From Chlamydiales bacterium (GTDB taxonomy: Bacteria > Chlamydiota > Chlamydiia > Chlamydiales > JAAKFR01): a DNA stretch of 64,000 nucleotides. The notes beneath the pieces are model-generated. The model worked only from the letters and a program-made list of their open reading frames with translations, ran no database searches and was not told where the DNA came from. This document shows positions 29,251 to 40,600 of this stretch, one piece after another. The DNA is taken from contig JAFIGI010000025.1 in NCBI GenBank assembly GCA_020831465.1, forward strand, positions 45 to 64,044, written 5' to 3'. The translations under genes and the position numbers were made by a program. Every line of letters starts with the position of its first letter. Within the stretch, counting starts at the first letter, position 1.

Positions 29251-30309
29251 TTAGCTTGCAGGATAATCAACCGACCAACTTTTTGGGATCGGTTTGCCGC
29301 TATACTCCCCTCCTCCACCGGTTTTTGAGTAAATGTATCCTTTCCCCTGATCGTTTTCTATCACGTGGATGATCCCATCTGCAATGAGTCCAGCCCCATT
29401 TCCATTTGGCACTGTTCCATCAACGTCAACGTATAAATCGTGATAGGGGTGAAACGTATTAGGTAAATCGAGCACAGGTATTTTAGACTCTCTTGCATGA
29501 TCGAGGATAGGTTTATAAAACCTCTCTAAAAACGCGTCAAATACACTCATCGACGGTTTTTTTAAATAGGCGATATCTCTTGAGGCAGACAAGGGAACCA
29601 CTTTATGACTCAAATAGAGGCCAAGCCCTCCAATAATTGGGGAGACGAGTTGAGAGATTTTGAAGGCGAAAGCGCCCGACATTGCTTGAAAGAGGGGGGA
29701 TAGGATCAAGGCGAGGCAGGCCAGATTCACAACAAAAGCCACAACTCCCACCGCTCCTAAAAATTTATAAATATCATGTACATCATTGCTGGCATCGGTA
29801 CGGTATTGCAACATTAAGATCGGAGAAACTTTTTGCTGATCAGAGGATAAAGATGTGACTTGGTTGATAATCTCTAGATAACGCTTCTGAGTATCTGAAA
29901 GATGTTTGGAAAACATGAGCACTTTCTTTGCTTTTTCCTTGGCGCTGTTGCCTTCGAGACTTAAAATATCTCGAAAATCCTCTTTTCCTACGCTTATTAG
30001 CACATAGTTCTTATTAGCAAGAGACTTTTTTAAGTTTTCGATAGGTTTGACAGTTCCTCCATTTGGTTTTCTTGCCTTAAGATACTTCTGCTTTTTTTCC
30101 TCAGGCAATCCCTTTCCAACCTCCCCACCTTCAAGCAGATCTTGTGTCGTAAAGCCGGCGTAAGCGAAGTTGTACACCGGGGTCTTACGGTTAAAAACGG
30201 TCTTCTTGTCATTCGATTTACTATCTAATTGTTTTTGAACGGTTTCTTCACTCTTTACCCAATATTGATTGTCGATTGTCGAATCCCCTATTAAATGAAT
30301 AGTAGTCAT
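29251..30309 (-). CDS. SGNH/GDSL-like hydrolase with internal TM hairpin (start probably MTTIHLIGDS at 30309)
   Basis: IHLIGDSTIDN block I, NFAYAGFTT block II, ISVGKEDF degenerate block III; lower GC than neighbours. Confidence 0.7.
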   Translation of the reverse strand: MTTIHLIGDSTIDNQYWVKSEETVQKQLDSKSNDKKTVFNRKTPVYNFAYAGFTTQDLLEGGEVGKGLPEEKKQKYLKARKPNGGTVKPIENLKKSLANKNYVLISVGKEDFRDILSLEGNSAKEKAKKVLMFSKHLSDTQKRYLEIINQVTSLSSDQQKVSPILMLQYRTDASNDVHDIYKFLGAVGVVAFVVNLACLALILSPLFQAMSGAFAFKISQLVSPIIGGLGLYLSHKVVPLSASRDIAYLKKPSMSVFDAFLERFYKPILDHARESKIPVLDLPNTFHPYHDLYVDVDGTVPNGNGAGLIADGIIHVIENDQGKGYIYSKTGGGGEYSGKPIPKSWSVDYPAS

Positions 30310-30313
30310 AAGA

Positions 30314-30853
30314 TTATCCTTTGTTAAAAGTGGTAAAGTAGAGCAGGGCAGCGATGGTTTTTGCATCTCGAATTTCCCCGCTAAAAATCATGTCGAGAGC
30401 GCGCTTGAGCTTAAGGGGAATCACATCAATCATTTCGGTTTCATCAAGACTTTGCTTTTTGAGGGTCAGATCTGTTGCCAGATAGATGAAAAGCTTCTCA
30501 TTGCAAAAGCCCGGGGTCGAGTAACAATTAAATAAAGGTTCGATTTTACCGGCGCGGTAGCCGGTCTCCTCCTCAAGTTCGCGTTCAGCGCAGTCCAAGG
30601 GATTCTCAATCTCCTCAAGAGTGCCCGCCGGAAGCTCCCATAGGGTCTCCTGAACGACATAACGGACGTTTTGAATAAGAACGACGGTTTCAGGCTCGAG
30701 GAGAGGCAGAATGACAACTGCACCGGGATGAGAGACAACCTCGCGGCGCACGGTCCCCCCTTTAGGGTGGTCGGCTTCTATAGAGAGAAGGTCGACACGG
30801 CTCCCATGAAAAAGGATTTCGGGTTTTTTATAGTTGTACGAGAATCCATCCAT
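30314..30853 (-). CDS. NUDIX hydrolase (ADP-ribose pyrophosphatase-like)
   Basis: ELPAGTLE...AERELEEETG, HPGAV, STPG, DAKT. Confidence 0.93.
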   Translation of the reverse strand: MDGFSYNYKKPEILFHGSRVDLLSIEADHPKGGTVRREVVSHPGAVVILPLLEPETVVLIQNVRYVVQETLWELPAGTLEEIENPLDCAERELEEETGYRAGKIEPLFNCYSTPGFCNEKLFIYLATDLTLKKQSLDETEMIDVIPLKLKRALDMIFSGEIRDAKTIAALLYFTTFNKG

Positions 30854-30909
30854 AAGGGGGGTGAATTTAAATTTTTATGGAATATTTCGCAAGTATCTTA
30901 CGAACTTAA

Positions 30910-31039
30910 TAGCAGAATCAGAAGCGGCAAGACTTCATTCTCGAGGGGTTTGCTGTGAGTTAATAACGGACCAACCGGCGGATTTCCGCTTCAAGGTCGG
31001 CGGGTTGCGGCAAGACTTCATTCTCGAGGGGTTTGCTGT
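30910..31039. repeat. Perfect 33-bp direct repeat (30924-30956 = 31007-31039) next to a family-1 end fragment (30910-30921)
   Basis: GCGGCAAGACTTCATTCTCGAGGGGTTTGCTGT twice; TAGCAGAATCAG adjacent. Confidence 0.85.
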
Positions 31040-33059
31040 AAGGAACAGCGCTGTCGAATCCGCACAAGCGGTGAATGGGGGCGTCGAGATACTCAAAGGC
31101 CTCCTCGGCAACGCGGGCGGCGACCTCGGCACCGAAACCGCAATTGCGCGGCGCTTCGTGTGCGATCAAAAGTTTTCCGGTTTTTTGAACCGAGCTGATA
31201 ACGGTCGCACCATCAAGGGGAACGAGGGTGCGCAGATCGATTACTTCGACTGAGATTCCCTCCCTGGCAAGCTTCTCGGCTACTTCCCACGCCATCACCA
31301 CCATCATCCCCCAGCAGACGATCGTAAGATCACTTCCTTCGCGCACGACGTTGGCTTCGCCGAAAGGAAGAAGATAATCTTTTCCGGGCTCGGCCCGGGC
31401 GCAGAATTTCTGCTGACGGTAGAGTCCTTTGTGTTCGAGGAAAATAACAGGGTTGGGATCGCGGATCGCGCTCTTGAGCAGCCCTTTGGCGTCAGCCGCA
31501 TTGCTCGGAATGACAACTTTAAGACCGGGGCAGTGGGTAAGGAACCCTTCAATGCTTTGAGAGTGATAGGGGCCTCCCTGAATATACCCTCCATAGGGCA
31601 TACGCACGACGATCGGAACGTGCCACTCGCCGTTCGAGCGGTAATGGATGCTGGAGGCCTCATTGAAAAGCTGATTGATTCCCGTCCATAAGTAATCGGC
31701 AAATTGAATCTCTGCAACCGGCTTGTGCAGCCCGTCGACGCCCATCCCGATCGCGAGACCAATAATCGTCGACTCGGCGAGCGGCGTGTTGAAACAGCGA
31801 AGGAGGCCATATTTTTCAGTCAGCCCACGTGTGATGCCGAAAACACCCCCTTTTCCGTGGGCGACGTCCTGGCCGAAAACAACAACGTTTGGATCGTGCG
31901 CCATCTCTTCATCGAGAGCATGGTTAAGGGCATCCATGATCACGATTTTTTCTCCCTCTGCCGGAAGATCTCGAAGCGCCGCAGGCGGATCAAATGGGGC
32001 GAAGAGATTAAGTCGGCTGCTCCCTTTTTGCGGATAAGGCATCGCATCGGCTTCGACCGCTGCCCGCTCGACCTCTTCCCGAGCCTCTCTGCGAATCTTC
32101 TCGAAGATCTCACGATCGCATAGCTCCTCAGCAGTGAGCCACTCTTCAAGCCTCAAGATCGGGTCGCGCCCCTTTTCCCGCTCCATCATCTCATCGGATT
32201 GATATTTTCTTGCATCGTCGCTATTGCTATGCGGGGCCAGACGCGGAACGTGTGCGATTAGAACCGTCGGTCCCTCATGAGCGCGCCCCCTTCGAACCGC
32301 CTCGCCGATTGCATGCGCAACAGCGGGATAATCGGTTCCGTCGATCTCATGAAGAACCATGCCCTCATAGCCGCGGGCAACGTCGGCAACGCTTCCACCC
32401 GCACTTTGCTCCCTCGCAGGGACGGAAATGGCCCATTCGTTGTTTTGGATGACAAAGATAACCGCGAGGCGATGAATCGAAGCAAAGTTGAGAGCCTCAT
32501 GGAAATCTCCCTGAGAGGTAGCGCCGTCTCCGGCAGAGACATAAACCACCTCATCGTTTCCAAGATGGCGGTTCGACCAGGCGCGGCCGACCGCATGGAG
32601 AAACTGGGAGCCGACAACGCTCGATTGGCAGATGATGCGCAATTTTCTGTGGGAATAGTGGTGGGGCATCATCCGGCCCCCTGAATGGTTTTTAGTGGCC
32701 CGCCCTAGAAAGACGCCGAATAATTCGGAGAGATCGCAGCCAAGACCGATTGCAAACCCTTGATCGCGATAATAAGGAAGACCCCAATCGCGCCCTGCTT
32801 CAAGCGATTGGGCACACACGACTCCGACGAGCTCATGGCCGGCTGATGAGAGCTGAAACGTTCCACCCTTATTCTGCTTCACAAGCTTGGCCATTTTCTC
32901 GTCGGCAAAACGCGAGAGATAGATGAGCTTCAGGGTTTGAAGGACCTTTTCAGGTGTTGTGAAGGTATCCGTTTTAAGAGGGTGTTTACAAAGTGCTAAT
33001 GACTTAGATTCGGGTTCTTTTTTCGTAGGTCGATTTGGAACATTGGGGGCCATATTCAT
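30960..33059 (-). CDS. 2-oxoacid (branched-chain/pyruvate) dehydrogenase E1 alpha/beta fusion (CT340-like)
   Basis: GDGATSQG...NN TPP motif, HSNSDD, FNTPLAE, EIQFADY, VIDLRT. Confidence 0.93.
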   Translation of the reverse strand: MNMAPNVPNRPTKKEPESKSLALCKHPLKTDTFTTPEKVLQTLKLIYLSRFADEKMAKLVKQNKGGTFQLSSAGHELVGVVCAQSLEAGRDWGLPYYRDQGFAIGLGCDLSELFGVFLGRATKNHSGGRMMPHHYSHRKLRIICQSSVVGSQFLHAVGRAWSNRHLGNDEVVYVSAGDGATSQGDFHEALNFASIHRLAVIFVIQNNEWAISVPAREQSAGGSVADVARGYEGMVLHEIDGTDYPAVAHAIGEAVRRGRAHEGPTVLIAHVPRLAPHSNSDDARKYQSDEMMEREKGRDPILRLEEWLTAEELCDREIFEKIRREAREEVERAAVEADAMPYPQKGSSRLNLFAPFDPPAALRDLPAEGEKIVIMDALNHALDEEMAHDPNVVVFGQDVAHGKGGVFGITRGLTEKYGLLRCFNTPLAESTIIGLAIGMGVDGLHKPVAEIQFADYLWTGINQLFNEASSIHYRSNGEWHVPIVVRMPYGGYIQGGPYHSQSIEGFLTHCPGLKVVIPSNAADAKGLLKSAIRDPNPVIFLEHKGLYRQQKFCARAEPGKDYLLPFGEANVVREGSDLTIVCWGMMVVMAWEVAEKLAREGISVEVIDLRTLVPLDGATVISSVQKTGKLLIAHEAPRNCGFGAEVAARVAEEAFEYLDAPIHRLCGFDSAVPYSKPLENEVLPQPADLEAEIRRLVRY

Positions 33060-33145
33060 TTAATATTGTCCCCCAATGTTCCAAATCGACCTACGAAAAA
33101 AGAATCTCGAATATAAGCCATTATGACTTTGTAAACACCCTCTAA
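32975..33145. mobile_element. 165-bp palindromic MITE-like element, family 2 (32978-33142), with TAA target duplication
   Basis: GAGGGTGTTTACAAAGT...ACTTTGTAAACACCCTC termini, near-continuous hairpin, TAA at 32975-77 and 33143-45. Confidence 0.88.
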
Positions 33146-34320
33146 GCATCTGCCGAGAAAAAGGATTTGATCTTCTCCATAAAACTTCTTTTGCGCGGCA
33201 AATTGTCGATTCCCTCCGTCTCTCCGAACTCCTTAAGCATCTTCTTCTGATTTTCGGTCAAATGCGTTGGAGTTTCAACCAGGGTCCGGACAAGGAGATC
33301 TCCTCTCCCGCGGCCGTGGACGTTGGGGAAACCTTTTCCGCGGACACGGAAAATTTTTCCGCTCTGGGTACCCTCGGGAATGGTTAGGAGGCAAGATTCG
33401 GATAAGGTCGGAATCTCTTTTTTGGCGCCGAGCGCTGCTTCTGCAAAGCCGATCGGCAGGTCCAAGAGCAAATTGTCCCCCTCGCGCTCAAAGACAGGAT
33501 GGGGCTGGACATCGATAAATACGTAGAGATCCCCGGGCGGGCCTCCCCCCTCTCCCTCATCTCCGTAGCCCGACATTTTCAAACGCATGCCGGAATCGAC
33601 GCCTGCTGGAATATGTACCTTGACATGCTGTTTTTCACGCATGCGCCCCCGGCCTCTGCACTCTTTGCATGGGTCGGTCACAATCTTTCCTTCCCCATGG
33701 CACTGTGGACAGGTCGAAGACATGCTGAAAAAGCCGCGGGTTTGAAAGACCTGCCCTTGGCCGTTGCATTGGGTGCAGGTTTTAATGCCGTTGGCAGATG
33801 CGGCTCCGCTCCCCTTGCAAGAACCGCACTGCATCAAACGGGTGACGGCAAGCTCTTTTTCTACACCTTTAGCGGCCTCTTCGAAGGAGATGCGGATTGA
33901 GGCCTTCTTGCTCGCTCCCTGTCTGACATACCCTCCTTCGCGCCCCCCTCCCCCGAAAGCGCCTCCGAATAGGGTCTCAAAAATCGACTCGCCTCCTCCG
34001 CCGCCGCCGAAAGCGTCCATGAAGGTGCGCAACGCATCTTCCATCGATCCGAAGCCATGGGCTCCGCCGCCTGGGGCTCCTGCTCCCGCAAAGACCCCTT
34101 CCTTTCCGTAGCGGTCATACATTTCCCGTTTTTTTGGATCGTTGAGAACCTCGTACGCTTCAGAGACCTCTTTGAATCGCGCTTCTGCCTCGGCGTCTCC
34201 GGGATTTTTATCGGGATGGTATTTAAGAGCCATCTTGCGGTAGGCCTTTTTGACCTCCTCTTGTGAGCATCCCTTAGAGATCCCTAAAACCTCGTAATAA
34301 TCCATGACTTTCTGGTTCAT
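33142..34320 (-). CDS. dnaJ: Chaperone DnaJ
   Basis: HPD J-domain, G/F region, CxxCxGxG repeats. Confidence 0.97.
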   Translation of the reverse strand: MNQKVMDYYEVLGISKGCSQEEVKKAYRKMALKYHPDKNPGDAEAEARFKEVSEAYEVLNDPKKREMYDRYGKEGVFAGAGAPGGGAHGFGSMEDALRTFMDAFGGGGGGESIFETLFGGAFGGGGREGGYVRQGASKKASIRISFEEAAKGVEKELAVTRLMQCGSCKGSGAASANGIKTCTQCNGQGQVFQTRGFFSMSSTCPQCHGEGKIVTDPCKECRGRGRMREKQHVKVHIPAGVDSGMRLKMSGYGDEGEGGGPPGDLYVFIDVQPHPVFEREGDNLLLDLPIGFAEAALGAKKEIPTLSESCLLTIPEGTQSGKIFRVRGKGFPNVHGRGRGDLLVRTLVETPTHLTENQKKMLKEFGETEGIDNLPRKRSFMEKIKSFFSADA

Positions 34321-34493
34321 CGGTTGCGGTATTTAGCTGCTGCTTTCGATTTTGCACGCTTCTTTACAGAAGGTTTGTCGTAAAAACGGTGCGCCTTTGC
34401 GGCCTTCATCACCCCTTCCTTGTCCAATTTCTTTTTCAACGCTCTGAGAGCCTTGTCAATCGTCTCTCCGATGCGAACTTTCACACTTGGCAT
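34317..34493 (-). CDS. rpsU: 30S ribosomal protein S21 (58 aa, absent from the ORF track)
   Basis: [62 protein letters not shown] overlap with dnaJ. Confidence 0.95.
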   Translation of the reverse strand: MPSVKVRIGETIDKALRALKKKLDKEGVMKAAKAHRFYDKPSVKKRAKSKAAAKYRNR

Positions 34494-34535
34494 AAACCTA
34501 TCCTTATAAAAAAAGTTTCAATGGCAATGGGAGAG

Positions 34536-34564
34536 ATTTTACCAAGGATCTAATTACCTTTCAA
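34536..34564 (-). promoter_or_regulatory. Sigma66-type promoter of rpsU-dnaJ
   Basis: Minus strand TTGAAA-N17-TAAAAT. Confidence 0.6.
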
Positions 34565-34575
34565 GCTTCTCGCTC

Positions 34576-34607
34576 TTAATTACGCCTTAACATTTTAGAA
34601 GTAAACT
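34576..34607 (+). promoter_or_regulatory. TTAA-N7-TTAA box plus TAAACT at 11 nt
   Basis: TTAA-TTACGCC-TTAA-cattttagaag-TAAACT, 7 nt before the giant ORF. Confidence 0.55.
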
Positions 34608-34614
34608 CCTACCC

Positions 34615-37600
34615 ATGTTTCGTACAAACTTGTTCGACTCTCTTTTTACGGCTGCCGACAGGCCGGACCTTCGATCTTCAACCTCTCTATCAGAGGAAAA
34701 AACCGTCATCAAAACTGTTGATCCTGTCCCTATAGAGGCGCGCCAATTCGGCCAGCGCCTCGTTGCAAACCAACTGGAAAACTCTCCAATAGAAGGGCAA
34801 GACTCTTTGGCAAGCTTAGCCTATTGGATTGAGATTGTCTCTCTTTTTTTAAAGGGGGAAGGGGAAATTCTTGAGACAGGAATTTCCCCGAAACATTTTG
34901 CCGAACTCAAAGAAATTTTGGAAGACTACTCCCGCTTGAAGAGCCTCATTCAGAAAGCGAGAGGAGATGAGGAAGACCGAAGGAAATGCGCCCAATCGGT
35001 TCAAATGGAGATCAAAGAGAAACTCTCCCTTGGAAGAAGGGTTGCCTATCTTCCCCTAGGATACGCGGCGGGCCCCTTGAACGAAGGGCACGCAATTCCC
35101 CTTAAATTCCGCATGTTTAAAAATTTGGTTGAAGGAATGTGTTTAAATCTGGGGGAAGGTGTCCAGATGCACCCTGAACTGATGTGGAATCAAATTGAGG
35201 TTCTCTACCATTTCCAGAGCTTTCCAATTCATTTCGACCCGGAAATCCTCTTCGGCCCAAAAGGCGAAAATATGCTTTGCCGATTGATCCGCCTTCAAAA
35301 TGAAGAACCTGGCTGGGAGGATCTCCCCTATTGCGCCGAGGATTGCTATGGCCCTTTTTTAGAACTGGGGACCGTTCAATCAACCTTCGACTCGAAGCTT
35401 GCCGACCGAGCTGAACCCGCGCAAAGAGGGCCGATTTGCGCTGATATGGCGACCTTGCTCATTATTAAAGATCTTCTGATAGACCTGGGCTACCAAAGAG
35501 TTCAAATCGAGAGCTTAATCCTTAATGAAAAATATTGCGCCCTTATCAGTTTTTACGCGCATTTAGAGAGAAAAGGATCGTATAACGAGTGGTCATTGCT
35601 GAAAAAGGGAGTCATCCAATACGCAGTTGATCTTGCCCAAGCATATGAAAAGAAGATCGTCCAACCAGAGGAACTCTCCGCGCTACGAAGAGCGTGCGAA
35701 GAGCTCTCGCTAAAAGTAGAGAGGCGCGTCGACTCTCTCAAACCTCTTCCTCTACTACATCCGGCGTTGAAAACAGATTCTTTTTCCTATCAAGGCTTTT
35801 CTGAAGAAGAGTTGCAAGGGACAGGTTTCCAAGAAATTTCAACCCCGAAAGAAGAGAACGTCTGCCTTCACCCACCCAAAAAATTGCCGGCGCCCGAGAG
35901 GTTATTGCTCAATCTCAAAATCCGGCATGAGATGCTGGAAAAAGCCAAGCCGGAAGCGATACGCGCTTCTTATTTTGTGATTCAGCTCTTTCTTCTTCTC
36001 CCTGTTCCCAACCCCTTCGAGAAAGATTATTGGGACGCCATCCCTTCCTCTCATATTCCGGAAGTGCTTCGACTTCTCGCTCTTTTGGTCTGTAAACAGC
36101 TCGCATGGAAAGAGGAGCAGAGCCACTATCTCAATATCATTGCCGTTCACACGGCATACGCGATTGCCGACAAGCTCGCAAGAAGGGTTCCCGAAATGCG
36201 GTTAGAGGGTTTTGCATCACCTTTTTACGGATCCAGCATCGAAAAAAAGGAACAAACCCGCCTCTCCTCAATCTTTTTTAACCCGGGTTTCGCAAAAAAG
36301 GAGGAGTATTTTGAATTCGACCTTCTTCCCTTCGGCGCGGGAAATAGGCAGTGGAACGCGATTCGCCGCTATTTTGAAACTCAAGACGAAAATTGCCAGG
36401 GGCCCACGCTTTTTGCACTTTCCAAATCGCACATCAACGTAACCGAAGGTGTACGAACGCTTCAAAGCGGCTTGTTTTTTAAGAGGCAGCTCCCCTCTCC
36501 GGAATCGGAACATCTCTCCTATTTGCAGCAGTTTTTTCCAAAAGATTTTAAAAGCGGCAATGTGGAACAACTCGCGGCTACTTTTGCCAAATTTTGGCTA
36601 AACCGTGAAGGAAAAATGTTGCCCGCGGAATATGAGCCTCTTTATTTTCTTGCTTACTCCGCTTGGACGGCTTTTACAGGCCTGCCTAATCGGATTTCCG
36701 ATTGGAGGGGAGTTGTCAAAAGATGGGAAGAAAAGATCCCCTCTTCAACCGACATCTTTATTTCTTTTTTAGGTGATAGATCACATCGTTATATCCAGCG
36801 AAACGGAGACGAAATCGTTCATAAATTCCGCAATCGTGAAGAGGAAAGAGAAAATGGGGAAAACAAAGCTCTATGCCTCCAAAGAGCCCCTTGCTCCTAT
36901 TTGAGCGTGAAAACATCTCAGGAGTGGAGACGCATCTTCTCGACGCCTGAGATGCGCGTCACCTCCATCATCCAATGGCTCCGAAAAAACCTTTCAAGTA
37001 TCTCCTCTAACCACTTTTCCCTTATCGAATGCGGCTTGTTTGAGCCGAGCTTTCTAGATAAAAAGATCTGCGAAGAGCCCAATTTGGTGAAAGAGCTCCA
37101 TCTTATCCTCAGAGATGGAATTACATACTTTTGCAAGCAGGAATCTCGAGATCATATGCTTTTTTGCATCAGAACCGCAATTCTTCTCGAGTCATTCGCC
37201 CCAAGTGTAGACTCAACTATTTTGATCGCGCTGGAAAACGACCTATTAAACATGATCGAAGAGCAGAAAGAGCCTGAAGCCGAGTTCTACCATCTCTTGC
37301 TTCTCTATCGGATTGCGCTGCCAAGGAACGAAGATTCCGCTGCGGAGCTCGCAAAGGCAAAATTTTATCTTAAATACTACGCTTCTGAGATGAGTGGGAG
37401 CACGAGCAGCTTACCTCACTGGCTGGTCTCTGAAAGCAGATTTTCCTTTTTTCAATCCTTGGAAGGCATTGGATTCTCTTCTCCTTCGTGGAAGAAAGAA
37501 GTAGCCCGGCATGTCCTGAGACGGACAGTGCCCGATTTCCCCCAAAATCAAGCAATAAAGGAGGCACCCTATCCTTTCATCAAATATGGCGATTATACTT

Positions 37601-40600
37601 TAGACCTCGAAAATTGCCTCATAAAAAGAGGTCATAACGAAACTTTGATTCGGATCGCATCTCACCCTTATTTTAAATTGCCTGCATGGAGTTCGGCAGG
37701 AAAACTGATCTCCTTGGACGGAAACTCGATGCTGAAAAAGAACGATCAAGGGGAATATCTTCTCTTTTCCAAAGTATCCGTGGATACTCTCAGTTCAAGA
37801 TGGTATAGGCTCTCTTCGCTTCAATTTAAGCTCTTCGAGAATGAACAAATCCTGATCGAAGATGAGGAAGGAACGCGCGACGAACAGAGGCATATCCTGA
37901 TCGGAGAGAAATGCCTGGTGGTTCCGCAGAGAAGAGGCGAGTGGAAAATCTTTCAATTGCGCCAGGGTCGAAAGAGCGGCCTTGTGCTCGCAAACCAGAG
38001 GAAAATCAGTGCTGATTTATTCTCACGGTTGAAGATGGAAGAGGAATTTCGCTGCTGGTCCAACCCGAAAACAGACCAAATTCAAGAGATAGATCTTTTC
38101 AAAGCCGATCTTCTTTTCCGTTTCGAAAGAGGAGAGGGATATCTCTCCATGCAGTTTCCCGACTATCTCCTTGCCGCTGAACAAAGCTTGAAAGAACTGA
38201 ACCACTACCGGGGCTCTCTTGTCCTTTCAAACGGCGCAAAACTAGCCTTGATCCTTCCCTCAAAAAAATTGCGGGCGGAAGCAGAAGATTTTTCTCCCGT
38301 AGCCGTTCCTCAAAAGGAATATTTCTGCTCGAAGGAGAGATATTTTTTCTATACTGTAGACCAAGTTGCCGAATTACTCATAAGCGATGATCCTTTGGCA
38401 AATCTCTACCTGGTACTGCTTTTTTCCAAGCAGCGCGACTATAAAAAAGCATTTCGTTATCTTGAGCGCGCTCACTCGTATAAGCGCTGCTATAAACAAA
38501 ATCAATCCTTTTCCGCCTCTCTCATGCAGGCTTTTCTCAATTTGAAGGATGAATCTCCCGAAGCGCTCGCATTCTATCTTCATCTTGCCTTGTTTTATTT
38601 GGAAAACGCTTCGCAGCTTATTCATGATCACTATGGGGAGGACAATCAACACCATAATCTTGTAGAGAGTTTATGCCTTTGGACGGGCAAGATGTATGCT
38701 CGATACATTCCGGCCCTTTCTTCTCATTCTGCAAGTCCCGTACCTTACTACTGCCGGCTTACACCCGTCCAGGAAACCCTTTTGCTTTCAAAACTCAAGC
38801 ATGTCCTGAAAAATAAAGATGAGCTGAATAAAAAAAATCTCCTTCGAAAATTTGGATTGGACCCATTTAGGAAAGAAGCTGAGCCTCTCCTCTTATCGCT
38901 CAACCTAAATTGGATCCCTTCTTTAGAATTCCGTGAACGTTTGCTTGTTGAAAAGAGAGTGGAGAAAAGGATCCCCAAGAGTTTCTATCCCGCGCAGCTT
39001 GCGGCTTATTTTTTCCTGCCTCTAGTGCCAATTTCAGAGAGATTGTCATCCTACCCCCCTATATTCTCGGAAGATGAGCGCAGGACCCCTCTGCAGGAGG
39101 ACTTTGTGCGGATCAGCCTTGAGGCTCTCCGTAGGAATTTTCCCCTCCTTTATGAACGGGCCAGAAAGGGCAGCGGCACTCTTGATATTTACTACATCCT
39201 GCGCAGCGAAGCGGGAATAAATTCGTCCTATCTTCTCGCCTATGCAGCCCTTCTACATTACATTGGAAACTACCCACGCGATTTTTCCGATCTGAATTTT
39301 GGGGAAGAGCGTGAGAAAAATCTCAGCATTTTCAGAAAGATTGTGGAACGCGCTTCTCGATTTTACGCCAACCTCATTCGACAAGCTTCCGTGATCTCAA
39401 ACCTCTACCGGCGGACCGTAACTTTCAGCTACAGCAATAAAACGATTCTCGCGCTGCCTCCTTCTGAAAAGATTGCTCCTCTGAAGTGGGAATTTTCCGA
39501 AAAAGAGCAAGAGGAACTTTCAGCCTTCAGAGAGGAGGTCTACACTCGTTTTTTAAAAGAGGATTTGAGAAAATCGACCCTCCCCATCATTCCTTCAGAT
39601 AGCCTCTTCGCATTCGATTCCTATTCTCCTTCTGGGCCGACGGAAAAAGAGCTTGTCGAAACGCTCCGCGCGGGGCATCGCATGCTCGCCGATAGGAAAT
39701 CGGGTAGAACGATCTACGGTTTGAAAGAGGGAAGAAGGCTCGACACAATTCAGAAAAAAGCCGATCTCCTCCTTCAGAAAAAACGGCTAGAATTGCGCGA
39801 TCTCAAAGAAGAGACGGAAAAATTGGCAAACCGTCTTCCAAAAGAGGCCGACCTCATATTTTTACGCAAGCTGGGGCAAGATTTGCCAACCGTGATCATA
39901 GAGGAGATTCTGACCGCTGCTTATGAACAACAAAACCCCGCACTTGTGCAAGAGGCAAATCCCCTATTAACTCCCAAAGAGGTGCGGCAGATCCTTTTCG
40001 ACACAATCAAGTACCACTTGCTCCGCATTCAAATTCTGCAATTGGAAAAAGCGGCGGTCGCGCCCGATATCCAAGCCTTTGGTGAAGCTTTAGCTCTTCA
40101 CACAACCCTTTGCCCAACCAAAGAGCCTGAACTTTACCTTTATCAATCCTGCTCGGGAAAAATTTTATGGCATGAGCAGGCTAGACTTATCGAATGGTAC
40201 TACGAGAGAGCCATGCGCCACCGCCTTACCCTTTTTGCGGCGCCTGCCGGAGTCGGAAAAACGACTCTCTTTCAGCCCATTGCCATGAAGTGGCTGCAGC
40301 GAAAAGGCTATTTCCCGGTCAGCGCCTCCCCTACTCCCCTCTATTTGGTCGACCGAGAGGGACTCCGCTCAGCGGCGCAGCAAGCGTTTGATTTGCAGAT
40401 CGCTGTATGCGAGCTCGCGCTCGGTACTAAAGCGGACGCAAAAGATTTTCAATGGCTTTTTGAAAAACTCTCTCAATACCAAACGCTCAAAGGGCTGAAA
40501 CTCACGCCCTCCGTCTATTTAGCCCTTCTGCTTAAATACGAGTTGGCCCTCGAATGCGAAGATGTCGAATCAGTCCGCTGGATCAGCCTGACGCTGGATC

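Noticed and set aside
30924-31039. 33-bp repeat as a CRISPR repeat or spacer
   Set aside because: Only two copies, one is coding sequence, and there is no array or cas gene in the window.
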